This document shows positions 1-12,225 of a stretch of 64,000 nucleotides of DNA, piece by piece. Positions within the stretch are counted from its first letter, which is position 1. The number at the start of each line of letters is the position of its first letter. This DNA comes from Neoconidiobolus thromboides FSU 785. Lineage: Eukaryota; Fungi; Entomophthoromycota. The stretch is from positions 1 through 64,000 of the forward strand of contig MU626322.1 of assembly GCA_025603075.1 (NCBI GenBank). The letters run 5' to 3'. The notes beneath the pieces were generated by a model. The model worked only from the letters and a program-made list of their open reading frames with translations. It had not been told where the DNA came from and made no database searches. The translations under genes and the position numbers were made by a program.

Positions 1-94
1 TAAAAAACTATATATAAAGACCAAGATTTTAGTTAAAGTTATAAAAGAAATTGCAATTAAATTTTATTTTGATATAAAAAACTAATCCCAAACT

Positions 95-463
95 TCAATT
101 CTTTTTGCAGTTGAACTCAATAAATCCGCTATTTCTCCAACCTTCCTGCCATGCGAAATAACCAAGACTACATTTTGAGTCACTGTTCTTAAATTCCTGT
201 AAAGTATGACTCAAGTTTCTTGCTCTACAATTGGAAGTTCTATAAACACATTCACAAGAAGTATTTCTATTAGTAACACGATGTTGATAAACAGGTCTAC
301 AATTGGTTTGTAAGGTAGAAGAGATTCTAGCTAAACATTCATTTTTGAGATCTGAAGTTTGAACATCTATTTTTTGAACACAAGTATTACCTGAATATTG
401 TGTCTGGGATGAGATAGAGTTGAAGAGATAGAAGCAAACAGCGAGTACTTGGGAGGTTTTCAT
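95..463 (-). CDS. Small secreted cysteine-rich protein (122 aa)
   Basis: Intronless ORF with an N-terminal signal-peptide-like stretch (MKTSQVLAVCFYLFNSISS) and 8 Cys in the mature part. Confidence 0.7.
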   Translation of the reverse strand: MKTSQVLAVCFYLFNSISSQTQYSGNTCVQKIDVQTSDLKNECLARISSTLQTNCRPVYQHRVTNRNTSCECVYRTSNCRARNLSHTLQEFKNSDSKCSLGYFAWQEGWRNSGFIEFNCKKN

Positions 464-1099
464 TTTATATTATCAAGATGTTTTATATTCTAAACTAATG
501 GTTTTGGAAATACAATATGTAGTATTTGTTCTAAGAGTTGGTATGATATATTAAAGAGTTTAATCGATGCTTTATATACTTTTTGTATTTAATAATTTAA
601 TAAATAATTTGATTGAATAATTCATAATTTAATATTATTTAGTTAAAGAATATTAAATAAAGGACTTGAGTCTGGCCATGACATATTTTTTATTATTTTA
701 AGTCTGGAGTTTTATTAAGATATATACTTTATCTAGCGTCATTGCTAAAGATGCCAATACTTTAGTTAGAGTTCTTTTACGAGAACAATTATGCATCAAT
801 ATAAAGGATACTATGACTAAATTATCTAATTAAAGTTCGGGATCTTAATGTAGTTAAGAGTAGTTTTATTATCTAACCTTTTAAAACTCATTTTGCATTA
901 ATAATCTTTTTTAGTTTACAACTTCTATCTTGTTTTTGATTAATAATGGTAGAGTATTTGATTAATTTTTTAATTCCGATATTAATTTAGACAGAATAAT
1001 AACAACAATAGTAATAAAATTAAAATAAATTAAATCAATGTTTTAGTTAACGCTATTTGCCAAGTAAGCTTGATTTCCATATTAAACTTTTAGCAAAGA

Positions 1100-1959
1100 A
1101 ATGTTATATTTCAATCTAATTGCCCATTCTATTCATTTTTCTCATTTTGTTATGCATCCAAAAATATAACTATAAATAATGACTATGACATAAGAAAGTT
1201 CAAATGTCAAAGAAAAAATATTTATTACATTATGAAATGACTTATTCCATCTTAAATTTTCCTTTATATTATTTTTTAACTATTATAATAATCAGTTTAC
1301 ATAAATTAAACTATAACCACAAAAGTTGGTACGACTCTAGAAACACAATTCATTTTAAATATACCAAAATAAAGTCTACTATTGAAAATTATATCAATTG
1401 GCTTCATAATCAAGTAAAAAAAGAATTAATATACAAGTTACAAGGGTATGAAGAATATCAATTGAAATTAAACAACAGAAATAAACTATATTAACCAAGT
1501 TTAGTTGATCGACTATAACGTTTAATCTATGATAATAGATTGGTTTCATAAGATATAAATGTTCGAATGCCTAGGTGTCTAAAAGGTTATCTGAGGTCCT
1601 ATGCAGCTGAGATGGCTTAAGCAAGGAAAACGGATAGCCTTGTAGGTCGTGTTTAGATAAAGACTATAATGGGGATATGTGTAATAAATCTGGCAAGGAA
1701 AAATAGATGGAAAACAATTGTTAGGGTGCTTAGAGAGTTATTTAAAAGTTGTAGGTTTGAAAGATTAGCTGAAGAAAGATTTGAAGGTTTTTTATAAGGA
1801 AAAAAGCTGTTAAAGAAAGTACCACGGGATATGATCTTCATAATTTATAACAAGAGTACTTGCTTGGGTTGTGTTGGTAGTTTTTCCTATTATTTTGAGT
1901 TAACAAGATTATGTCAGTTCAACTTATTATCCGTTTTAAATAAAGCAAAAATAACTTAA
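1100..1959 (+). mobile_element. Degenerate non-LTR (LINE-like) retrotransposon 3' ORF2 relic
   Basis: The frame starting at 1204 continues to 1959 through six TAA/TAG stops. It contains KSWYDSRNTIHFK, similar to the W..RN...F motif of LINE ORF2 tails, and a frameshifted H-F-F-x-x-C-like motif lies just upstream (~1130-1150). Confidence 0.35.
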
Positions 1960-2619
1960 ATTTGGTTTATAGTGTTAATGAATAAAGTTTTTATAAAATA
2001 TTCTATAAACATGAAAATTGAATTAGTTAGAATTAACAGAGATATTAACGAAGGCCTTTTGTTAAAATTTAAATAAAGCGTCTGAAATGGAAGCTAAGTG
2101 ACAAACTTTTTAAACCGTACCAAGAAATTAGAAAATGTTTTTTATTAATATTATTATTGTAAGCATTTATTAACCTTTAGTATATTGATTTTTTATTTAA
2201 AACATAATTATTAAATCTAACAAGTGAACAAATATCATATAAAAATTAGCTAATTTTCTATACAAATACTAAGTATCCTCCTTACATCGAATAATCGAAT
2301 TTTTTCAATTTAAAAATATCAAAACAATAATTAGATGTAGCTTTTGCAATTATTGGGATTTTGATTAAATAAAATGATATTAATACCTAGTTTTTTTTTA
2401 AAAATATTAACATTCTTTGTTTTAATATTGTATTAATATCCTTTTGGTTTGGCTATATGTCTATTAAAATATCAATTATGGCACCAAATGATTGACTTTT
2501 TTGAAAGTAGAAGTAATAGTCATTTGTACACTTAAAGAAAAATATCATCTCTGATGATGAAATAGCTTTACTCGAAAAAAAAGAACATCATTCCTTTAGT
2601 TTGTTTTATTTTTAAACGA

Positions 2620-4016
2620 CTATCAAATTTGAATTCCTTCTAGAAATTGTACTTAGAGAAATATGCAGCCAATTAGATCCAGTTGAGTTGTTTAATTTAC
2701 GCTTTTTAAACAAGTATTTATACAAAGTTGTAACTAGAGCTATTCAATATAACTCAATTTACCCTACTTATAATCAACTTAAGTTAAAGGTGTATCAAAT
2801 TTACCAAGAGAAGTCTGCCAATAAACATGGTAGCGAAATGAAATATGTCAATGTAAATTATGATACTCTTGAACTCATAAATGTATACCCAGTTTAAAAT
2901 CAATATATAGGGATGTATTTTTATGTTTAAGAATTTTACTAACAATTTTTCCCTCAAATAGCGCCTAAAAGATAGAAAAAGTAATGAAGCCAAAAAAACA
3001 TCCCTATATATTAATAGTAGTTTAAATAAGATAATGATGAAAATTTTAAACTAATAGTTAAGTTTCCAAATTTAAATAAACTAAGAATTGAGATAATTGA
3101 ATATTTACAAATAACGGAGTTACTTAAGAACAGAATAAATCAACTTGAAGTGCTTGAAATAAGTTAAGATTTTTTTTCTTGCCCATCAGCTTGCTCTTTG
3201 TTTTAATCAACAAAGCTAATTAAAGATGCTTCGGTTTCATTCTAGGTAGTCAGTCTACTTTACTTGTTGATGAAATGGAAACATTTAAAGGTAGCTGAAA
3301 TTTGTAGAGCTAAAATTTGAAAAGTTGGTGGTAATTCGTAAATTACTAGAGTGTTGTCAAAGTTTTATTTCCAGCAATGTAGATTTAAAAATTCAGAGAA
3401 GATTTAATAATTAGATTATCGAATACTTTGGTGCTTTAAGACAGCTAAGAGATTTTATACTAATAAATGAGTCAGACGAATTGTTTAAGGAATATAGCTA
3501 TAATAAAAGTTTCGGAATATTGTCTAAGGGCAGTAATATCACATGTTTGGGTTATTTTAGTAAAATGGATGACTTTAATTTTAAGTACTTAGAATTATTG
3601 ACTTTAAAGGAAATTGGGATTAAACAGTTAAATAAAAGCTACTACGTCCAGTTGCTTTACCAAACGATCATACTATTTGTTTTTCCAGTATGAAATTTAG
3701 TTATCATACAACATTTGGTAATAACGATACAGCTGATGAAAATGATATTTATAAAAAGGGATACTACCCGCCTAAATACTACTCTATAAAAGAGGTTCAT
3801 TTAGATATGTTTAATTCCTCATTTGAATCCTTCCTCTATTTCCTGTGTCTCTTTCCAAACCTTGAGGTACTTAAAATTGAAGAATTTTGTTTAGTAAGGG
3901 GTGAGATTGATGTCAATTACAGACTTTCTACTCCTTTAATTGTAATTACAACATTTGATCCTAAAAACATTGGTCCTCTATATGAGCAGTTTATCGATAT
4001 TTTAAATTTAACCTAG
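2620..4016 (+). pseudogene. F-box/LRR (RNI-like) pseudogene interrupted by a MITE
   Basis: F-box-like LEIVLREICSQLDPVELFNLRFLNKYLYKVV at ~2640-2730, then LRR-like fragments (FLCLFPNLEVLKI). It has stops, frameshifts and a MITE at 2909. Confidence 0.65.
2909..3005. mobile_element. MITE family A copy
   Basis: AGGGATG...CATCCCT terminal inverted repeat flanked by an ATAT/ATAT TSD. Confidence 0.9.
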
Positions 4017-4327
4017 ATTAAAATATAGCAAATTATTCTATATGAAAACGTTTTGTTTTTGCTTTTCTATTTATAAATATTTTAATGTCGTGAAGGTATT
4101 GAAATTATAAAGTATATTTGTCTTTTCCTTTTTTATAATATTAACATAAAAATTAAATGAACTCAGCTATTAAAATTATGTTAATAGAATACAATAAAAA
4201 CAATTTCAAAATAATCAAAGCAAAAGGCCAAAAATCTTTAAAAATGTTAGTTAACTTTTAATATAAATAAGGCCAACTGCTACCTCCCAAAAGGGACTTA
4301 AATCTAGAATAGACAAATATTGATTAT

Positions 4328-7205
4328 CTATTTATTTTCCATCTCATGGTTTCCATTTATTTTCCCATCCCCATTTTCTTTAATTTCTTTTTCTACTTCA
4401 TTCTCTTCTTTGTCTTCATTCTCATCTTTCTCTTCTTCTTCTGCACTGTTATTACCTCCAGTTTCCTTTCCATTATCAAATTGATCCAATAAATGATCAA
4501 TATATTCAAGCGGTGTTCTATTCGAAGTAGGTAAATCAAACTTTACTTTTCCTTCGAAAGTACTATCACTATTCATTCCTCCATTAGGTTGAATAGCTGA
4601 ATTTTTAGGTAGATCAGGTTCATTATTTGTTTTATTATTATTACCATGATCAACTCCATTCTCAGTACTTTTATTTTCATATAATTCATGCAACCAAGAA
4701 AATATCTTTTTTTCAATTTTGGTACGATTGTCTACCATATGGATTATTGGCCATGTTTTATTGGCTCCATTTTCTAAATGTTCTTTTAATCTTTGATAAT
4801 CTGGGTCATTGAAGATATTAATATAATCTAATATGTTGACTCTGGGCTATTGTATTTTTATTAGCTTTATTGTCATAAACATAACTATCAAATTCATCTC
4901 TTACCAAAATAGTAACATTCCCATCAAACTTTTGTAACCAAACATAAGACCAATCTTGTTGCATAAAATGGGGTAATAATTCTAAGTCCCTAATCACTCG
5001 TAGCCATTTCTTTAAATCCAATTTCAAAAAGTGCTCTAATGAAGAAGCTAAAAACCCTCCTCGCCTAATAGGAATAATGAATAAATAATTTTTTACTATA
5101 TCATAATGAAACCCACCATCCTTTACCATATCTATTAGCAGCTGGGTGACCTACACTTCCACGATGGTTATAATAAAAGATAGAAATATGCGGATTCACT
5201 TGACTAACAATACTATAGTTGACATTGAACTAAAAAGCATAATTAATATTATCATCTTTAAGTTAATAAGTAATATTTACAAATGATTTTAATGCATCTA
5301 GTGGAATATCCTAAATAATAAAATTTTAAATTAAATAAAAATTTTATATTATTGTGCTTTAAATCTTACCGTTTTCAAGCTTCCATCTCTCCATTTGACT
5401 CCAGAATTAAGATAAGGTTCCAACGTACCATCTGGTTTTTTTACCATTAATGTGATTGGATTTAATACACCTGGAATAGCTGAACTGGCAATCACTGTTA
5501 AAAAAATATTAAATTCCAAATTTTATAAAAATAAACCAGTTGAGCCTTACCAGCGGACCAAATTACTACATCGGGAGTAGAAACATAATTAAACAATTTA
5601 GCAGGTGAATAAGAATCATAAGGTACTGCAGTAACATTCAAAATCTTTCCTGTTCTTTTGTAAGCTTCTAAAAAGGTGGTATGACCTAATGTAACCCACA
5701 AAGCATCCGTAGCAAAATTGGTAGCACTAAATCTAAAACAATTGATTTATTAACACATTTATCTATTATTAGTTGAATAAGTACTTACAAAGCTCCTGTC
5801 TTTAGTAATCTGGTTATCTTAACGCTCATGGGCTCAGAACATGGGTTGATTAATACATGAGTTTCTGGTTTAAATATCTCTTTTAACTCTTCATCTGTCC
5901 TACATGCAGTCATTGCAGCTAATTGCATGTTATTAATTTATTCATTACCCTATAAATTCAAAATATCTTACCAATCATAGATCCAGCACTGGTACCAGTG
6001 ATAATTTTAGGTAGCATATTATTTTCAATTAAAGTACGAACCACACCTTAAATATTGATTAGCTTATTTATTTAAAATACAACAAACTTACCAAAATGAA
6101 AGTAAGCCAATGTAGCTCCCCCAGATAAACATAAGGCAGATCTACCATAGCTTTGAAAGGCTTGTTCAAAAAAGGACTTCTTTTCGGCTAAACTCAGCTC
6201 TTTACTTGAACCTATGAAATCGAGTGCTTCCACCACTAATTTTAAGAAATTTAATTAATACTCTTGATGAAATAATATTCATTAACTTACCTTCACTATA
6301 AAAATCTTCTACAATCTAATAAAATATACATAAACGTTATTGAAATTGTTGAAACTTTATTATTTACCTTTTTAGTTCCAAAGTAGGTTTTTGAATACAA
6401 GTGATTATTTTCTATATTACCCACATTACTCTTTAATCCGCCTTGTAATAAGATATCCTTCAACTCGTTCACTTTCTTTCTTTCTCTTAACTTTTTCATT
6501 TTGTTATTTAAATTGATGATTAATTCATGATCATAATAAGCCATTTTAGCCTCTTTTCTCCATTCTTCTTTTCCCATAAGTTCATCTAACTTTAATCCAA
6601 TCTCCTTCCATTCTTCATAACTGCAAGCTTTTCTTAATTTTTGTTTAAGCTGCTTTAACTCTCCCGTCCTATAGGATTTTATTAATTTTAGTTCCTAATT
6701 AAAAATATACTTTTACTTACCAAACATAAAGATATTCCCAAAGTGCTACTACTTGTCGAACCATAGCGTAAAAAAATAACTCAATACAAATCATAGTACC
6801 TACAAATATCTATAATAAAAGGTTGAAATTGTTAATCTATAGACAATTACTATCATTATTTCTTACCAAAAATGGAAACCTTAATAAAGAATATCCTAAC
6901 CCTTCGGATTTATTTGTGTGGGAGGAAGAAGTAAGCATCGTTGATACTAAACCAAAATAGGATTGGTTTTCATCAAATTGAAACGAGCTTCTTCTACCAT
7001 TTGAGTCGCGACGTGAATCTTCTCGTTTATCAAAGTTAAAGTCATTAATACTTGTGAATGATGATAGATGGGGTGATGATGGCGTTGAGATCAAATTTGC
7101 CGAAGATTTAATTTTCATTGCTTTTTTAAATGATTCAATGCCTTCTTTGCCATTTTCAATAAAACTTAGTAAATACGCATATAACTCGGGGTTGCTTTGA
7201 TCCAT
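4328..7205 (-). CDS. TGL4: Patatin-like triacylglycerol lipase (TGL4/TGL5/SDP1-like), multi-exon
   Basis: Spliced motifs: YGRSALCLSGGA (~6115-6150), GTSAG nucleophile elbow (~5985-6000), WRDGSL (~5375-5395). DUF3336-like N-terminal exons and GT-AG introns. Confidence 0.9.
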
Positions 7206-7812
7206 CTGTTGAAGATTTTGATTTAAAATATAAAATAAAATTTTAGGAGTGACTTCTTTTTTATAGCTTTTTTATCCACTTTTTATTTGCTTTTACTAAT
7301 TCATTGACTTGGTTCTACTTTGATATTTATTATTTTTCTTGTTGGATCAGAATTACAATAAATTTAAAGTCATTTCCTATATTTAATCAAATATTTCTTG
7401 AAATTAGAATTAGACTACTAAAAATGACATCAAATTTTATTATTTAGATTGCTTTTTTCCACTTTTTGCAATGGGATAATTGCTAATTCTTGGGTTTAAC
7501 TCAATCTTAATTGCCGATTTATTGCTACTATTTTTCCATCCTTGGTACTGGATAAATTAAGATCTTCCTTTACATATTATTTTTTTGATAGTTCCAAATA
7601 AAGGTTCTTTAATTTATTTTAATTTTAATTTAAAATAAAACCTCACTCTTCATCGAAATATTCTAAAATACTTTAAAAACAAAAAACATTAATTAGCTTA
7701 GTTTTTATTTTGGTAATAAAAATTATTGATATATTGATATTTAATATCTATAAATTAAATGCTAAGCAACAGTAAAAGAAAAACGTTAAAGATTGTATAA
7801 ATCTACTTAAAA

Positions 7813-9139
7813 TTATGATTGAGTAATCGAAGGACGTCTATAATGATGAACATGAATGTGCTGATTTAACCACCAGGTATTGTTATAACATCTTACTGCT
7901 TGAAATGAGCAGAGAGGATCTAAAAACTCAACAAAACCAAAGCTAGCATTGCCTCGATTAATAAAATTAATTGATTTAATATCCCCAATCGTACTAAATA
8001 AATCTATCAAATCACTCTTAGAAACAATACTTGAATCTAAACCATCAATATAAACTAAAAAATAATCACCAACAGTACCACTCTGTCCAATCTTTGTACC
8101 CCATTCAATTACCCAATCCTTACTACATCTTAATACTTTATACGCATTAATAGCTGCTTCCCATTCTTTATATCTTATAAGATAAAAACCTTCATAACCC
8201 AAATAGTTAATTTTATCTTCAAATGTCAAATATTCTATTCCTCCATACTCTTTTAGTTTCAAATAAAGTTCATTGTACTCCATGCTACTTATAGGTAATT
8301 TCAAAACATATAAAGATCGATTGACTCTAGCATCTTCCACTCTCAATAATGATCGATTGATATAAACTTTTTCTGAATATTGTAGGAAGTTTTCTGAACA
8401 AGTATAATCTTGAAAGTACACAAATCCATACGGAACACCAGTACTTGTTTTTGCTAACTTTATATTATCCACAATGCCCCATTTAGAAAACTCTAGCCAA
8501 AGTAACTCTAATATGTCTTCTTCATTTGGTAGATTCGGATATCCAGCAATAAATAAACAACCCCTTGGAGTCTCAACTAGAAAGGATAAACATAAATACA
8601 GCAGATTTTAAATCAAACAATTACCATCAATACCACTATTCTCTTCTATTCCTTTAGCCTTATTTCTACCATATCCAATCGAGTTTGCCTCCATAGTATT
8701 TATCAGCTCATATTCTAAACAGCTATTAGTATCCATCACTTTGAAGTACAAAACCATTTTTAAAATAATAAATACACATATTGCTTGGTTTTTTATCGAT
8801 ATTTTCTTACTAACTTATAACCTAAAAACATCCGAATAAGAAGTTTAAATTACCATTCTTTGAGTCCCTAGATCTTGGTGATAAATAATTTGAGTCTAAA
8901 GAGTTCACCGAATGCTCATCATCCTCCGAAGGTTCACTCTCTTTGTAATATGTAAATAAATTAGCTATATAAAACTAAACAAAAAAATTACCATCTTCCA
9001 ACCTAAGCATAGCAAGACTAATCTCAATATCTGGAAACATGGGTTTAAAGTTTGGCTCTAAATCTAGCGAACTTATCGATCCTCTTCTTGGATGTACCTT
9101 GACTTCGAGCTCAGAATCTGAATGCGAAATTTCCTCCAT
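7813..9139 (-). CDS. Rim4-like multi-RRM RNA-binding protein, about 4 exons
   Basis: The spliced product contains PRGCLFIAG...FSKWGIVDNIKLAKTSTGVPYGFVYF...RVEDARVNRSLYV, which parallels RRM1 of yeast Rim4, plus two more RRMs. The ATG at 9139 and the exon chain were reconstructed by hand. Confidence 0.72.
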
Positions 9140-9590
9140 TTTTGTACAGAAAAAAGGAAGAAAATTTCAACTAAAGCTATTTATACTCTTCTTTTCAATA
9201 GCACTATTTGTTTTAAAAACTAAGTACAGGTCAACCTAGTTCTCCGCACTATGTAAAATGAGCTCTACTTTTATTACCTTCGATCGAGAGGTTTCTGAAA
9301 CCTTATTAAGTTATGGACTAAACATGACATCATTTTTAGAATTTTTACTTGAATTTTAAATATTAAATGCAATCTTTTAGATTTTAATATACTTGCTCAA
9401 TTTTTACTAATTAGTTGGTAATTTAGTGTGCATTATTGAATCATCATCGATTTTAATTTAAAAAAATCAATAAATGCCTATTAAACTAAATTTAAACTTG
9501 TATACTAAATTTGGCGTATTTTTTAACCTTTTATCTCTTTTACAAGAAATCAACACTAGAGTTGTTTTAATTAAATTTCATTATAGATAT

Positions 9591-9683
9591 AGAAATGTTT
9601 ATTTCGTCACCTTTTCTACTTTTTAAGCGCTATTTGAGTGAAAAGATTGTTAATAGAATCCTTAAACACAAAAAAACACCCCC
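9591..9683. mobile_element. MITE family A copy (degenerate left end)
   Basis: AGAAATG...CACCCCC with ATAT/ATAT flanks and the core TTAAGCGCTATTTGAGTG. Confidence 0.8.
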
Positions 9684-9943
9684 ATATAATATTTAAAAAG
9701 TTTAATCAAACAACTTGTTTTTTAATTCTTTATCAAATTTTATAAGCTTGGACTCTGGAAAATTACTTGTTTAACTTTTAATATAAAATAGCATAAATGC
9801 TTTATCATTTTTGTTATTAAATATAATTATTTAAACTTATATACAATAAGTTTATTACAAAAATTTGGCTTCTCTATTTAAATAATATTTTAATTAAATT
9901 TCATAATGATAAATTAAGAAACTAATATTTCCAAGTATATAAG

Positions 9944-10709
9944 TATGAAATATCGCTTTACAAGCTCTATGGTTGATTATAACATAACAATTACTTAAGT
10001 CGGTGCGTTCTCAAGCTCAAACACAGTCAATCCCAATCCTCTTGTTTTGATTTGGTGCAAGAATTTCTAACTTCATATCGCAAAGGATATTATCCCCTCG
10101 TTTTGATACCCATATGTGAAGCATCGATTTGTCAGCCCCATGGTTAATTATAGCATAATAATCGCCTAAGCTGTTGTGTTCTCGACTTTAGAGACAATTG
10201 ATCCCACGCTCTTATTTTGGTTTGCTATGAGAATTTCTATCTTCGTCTCAAAGGATATTATCCTCCCGTTTTGATATTTATACTTATCGGAGTATAAAAT
10301 AGATTCTAAAACATAGTAGTTCAAGGCTTTTTAACTGAATTGTTCCCTGATATCTCGAACATTTAACAAAGCCACTAAGTTTTCTTAGTAGTATTTTACG
10401 CAGATTTTAAATTAGTATTGTCTGTTCTATTTATCTTACATAGTCCATAGCCTATTACGTGCTATTCTTCATAACTCAAGTCTATCTTAGTCACATAAAC
10501 TAAGGCCTTTCGACTTACAGTATAGTCAACCAAGCAATAGCTGTTTTTGACTCCAATCACTGAGTACCAGATTTTGCACCATACTTGTCAGAGTATAAAA
10601 GAGATTTTAGAACATAACAACTTGAGGCTTTTAATTCAATTGTTCTTTGATGTTGCACTTTTAATAAAGCCACTAAATCTTTATGATAATGCTTTACGTA
10701 GATTTCACA
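9944..10709 (+). mobile_element. Solo-LTR-like element B, outer copy, split by a second B copy and 3'-truncated
   Basis: Starts TATGAAATATCGC and matches the other B copies to 10114. It resumes at 10584 (cttgtcagagtataaaag) and similarity ends near 10709. Confidence 0.75.
10115..10578 (+). mobile_element. Solo-LTR-like element B, inner copy
   Basis: TGTGAAGC...TTTTGCA, about 464 bp, flanked by (C)CATA direct repeats at 10110-10114 and 10579-10583. Confidence 0.85.
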
Positions 10710-10737
10710 CTATAATAAAAAATAACTGTTATCATAT

Positions 10738-10835
10738 GGGGATGTATTTTTGTATTTAAGGATTTTACTAACGATTTTTTCACGCAAATAGCGCTTAAAA
10801 GATGGAAAAAGTAATGAAGCCAAAAAAATATCCCC
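10738..10835. mobile_element. MITE family A copy
   Basis: GGGGATG...TATCCCC, TSD ATAT/ATAT. Confidence 0.92.
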
Positions 10836-12225
10836 ATATTATGTTTTTAGTAAAAATTGTTTGAAAAACTTCAAGCAAAGTTTTAAAATATAAATAAAAA
10901 ATTAAATAAAACCTTTAGACATCTTTATATAGTTTAATTTTTACTTTAATTTTTACTTTGCTTTTAGCTATTTCAGCCATTATGGAAACTCTAACTAATA
11001 AAACTTCAAAAATTAAGCCAATTATTGAATTGGAAATTTAGATATCTCAAGATAATTAATTCTAGTAGCAAAGGGTTAATATAATAAATTAACTTTAATA
11101 CTACCAATTTCACTACAGATGGAGTAAAATAACTTTGAGCTATATACTTTTAAAGATTTCAATAATAATAATGATATTATATCTATTTTAAAAACTCATA
11201 GCTTTTCATTTGCTAAATTGTTTAACTGTATTTTTATAGTCAATATAGTGCTTTGATTAATTACTAGATATTGCTTGTTTTTGTAAGTCTGATAAAAATA
11301 ACGTTGAAATATATAGTAAACAAAAGTGAGTTTAACCTGTTCTAAGTGCCACACTTATTTTTATTTTATCAAATGTTATAAATACTATCCCTTGCTATAC
11401 AATTATCAATATTTAAAGTAATTTTGTTAATTTATCATTTTTTTGCTTCAGGTTTTTGTCCATTTTTTAACTTAAAAATTTCAAATAGCAATAATAGTAA
11501 AATAAAAAACATCCTTCCCACAGTAAATCTTTAAACGCAAAACAGTGGTTGCTATCAAATTCTGTAAAAAATGCACTACAGTTTTTATTGCTACATAGTT
11601 ATAGATTAATCTTTTACTTCAAATGTGTTTTTACTCTCTAATATAATAATTTAGTTTATTATTATATACATTACTATTTTATTAACCATTGATTGCCCTT
11701 TATATTATAATGATAACAAAGTAGTCCGACTAGTATAAATAGGCTAGAAGATTATTACTAAATAATTTTGTTATTAGTAAGTTTTGTAACTGTAATTTTT
11801 ATTTATCTTTGAGTATAATGTTATTTTAAATTTGAGCTTCTTAGTAAAATAGTGAAGTGACAAGATCAAAGGATGCCATTGAAATCGTCCACTTTGGACC
11901 AAAATCTTACACTCTTAAATTAGCAAATAAAATAGAACAAAAATTATTTCATTGAATTTGTAATAAAAATCAAATTTTGTTATAATTTTATTAATTTTTA
12001 CAATTCAACAATTTAATAAGTAAAAACCATATTTTGAAAGAAGAGGAAGCGGACAGTAAAGAAACCCAAATAATAATAAATCATTGCTTCTACAACCTAT
12101 AAAAAGAGGAAGAAAAATTTAAAAGTTTTATATCAATCCGGACAAATTAATTAAGTTTTCAAAAAGAGGAATAAAAACCATTATCGATTTACATTAATTT
12201 ATTCAAAAAAACAAAATAAAGCAAC

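Noticed and set aside
7206-7700. Possible extra exons for the lipase (CAG directly before its ATG) or for the RRM gene
   Set aside because: I could not assemble a convincing open spliced frame.
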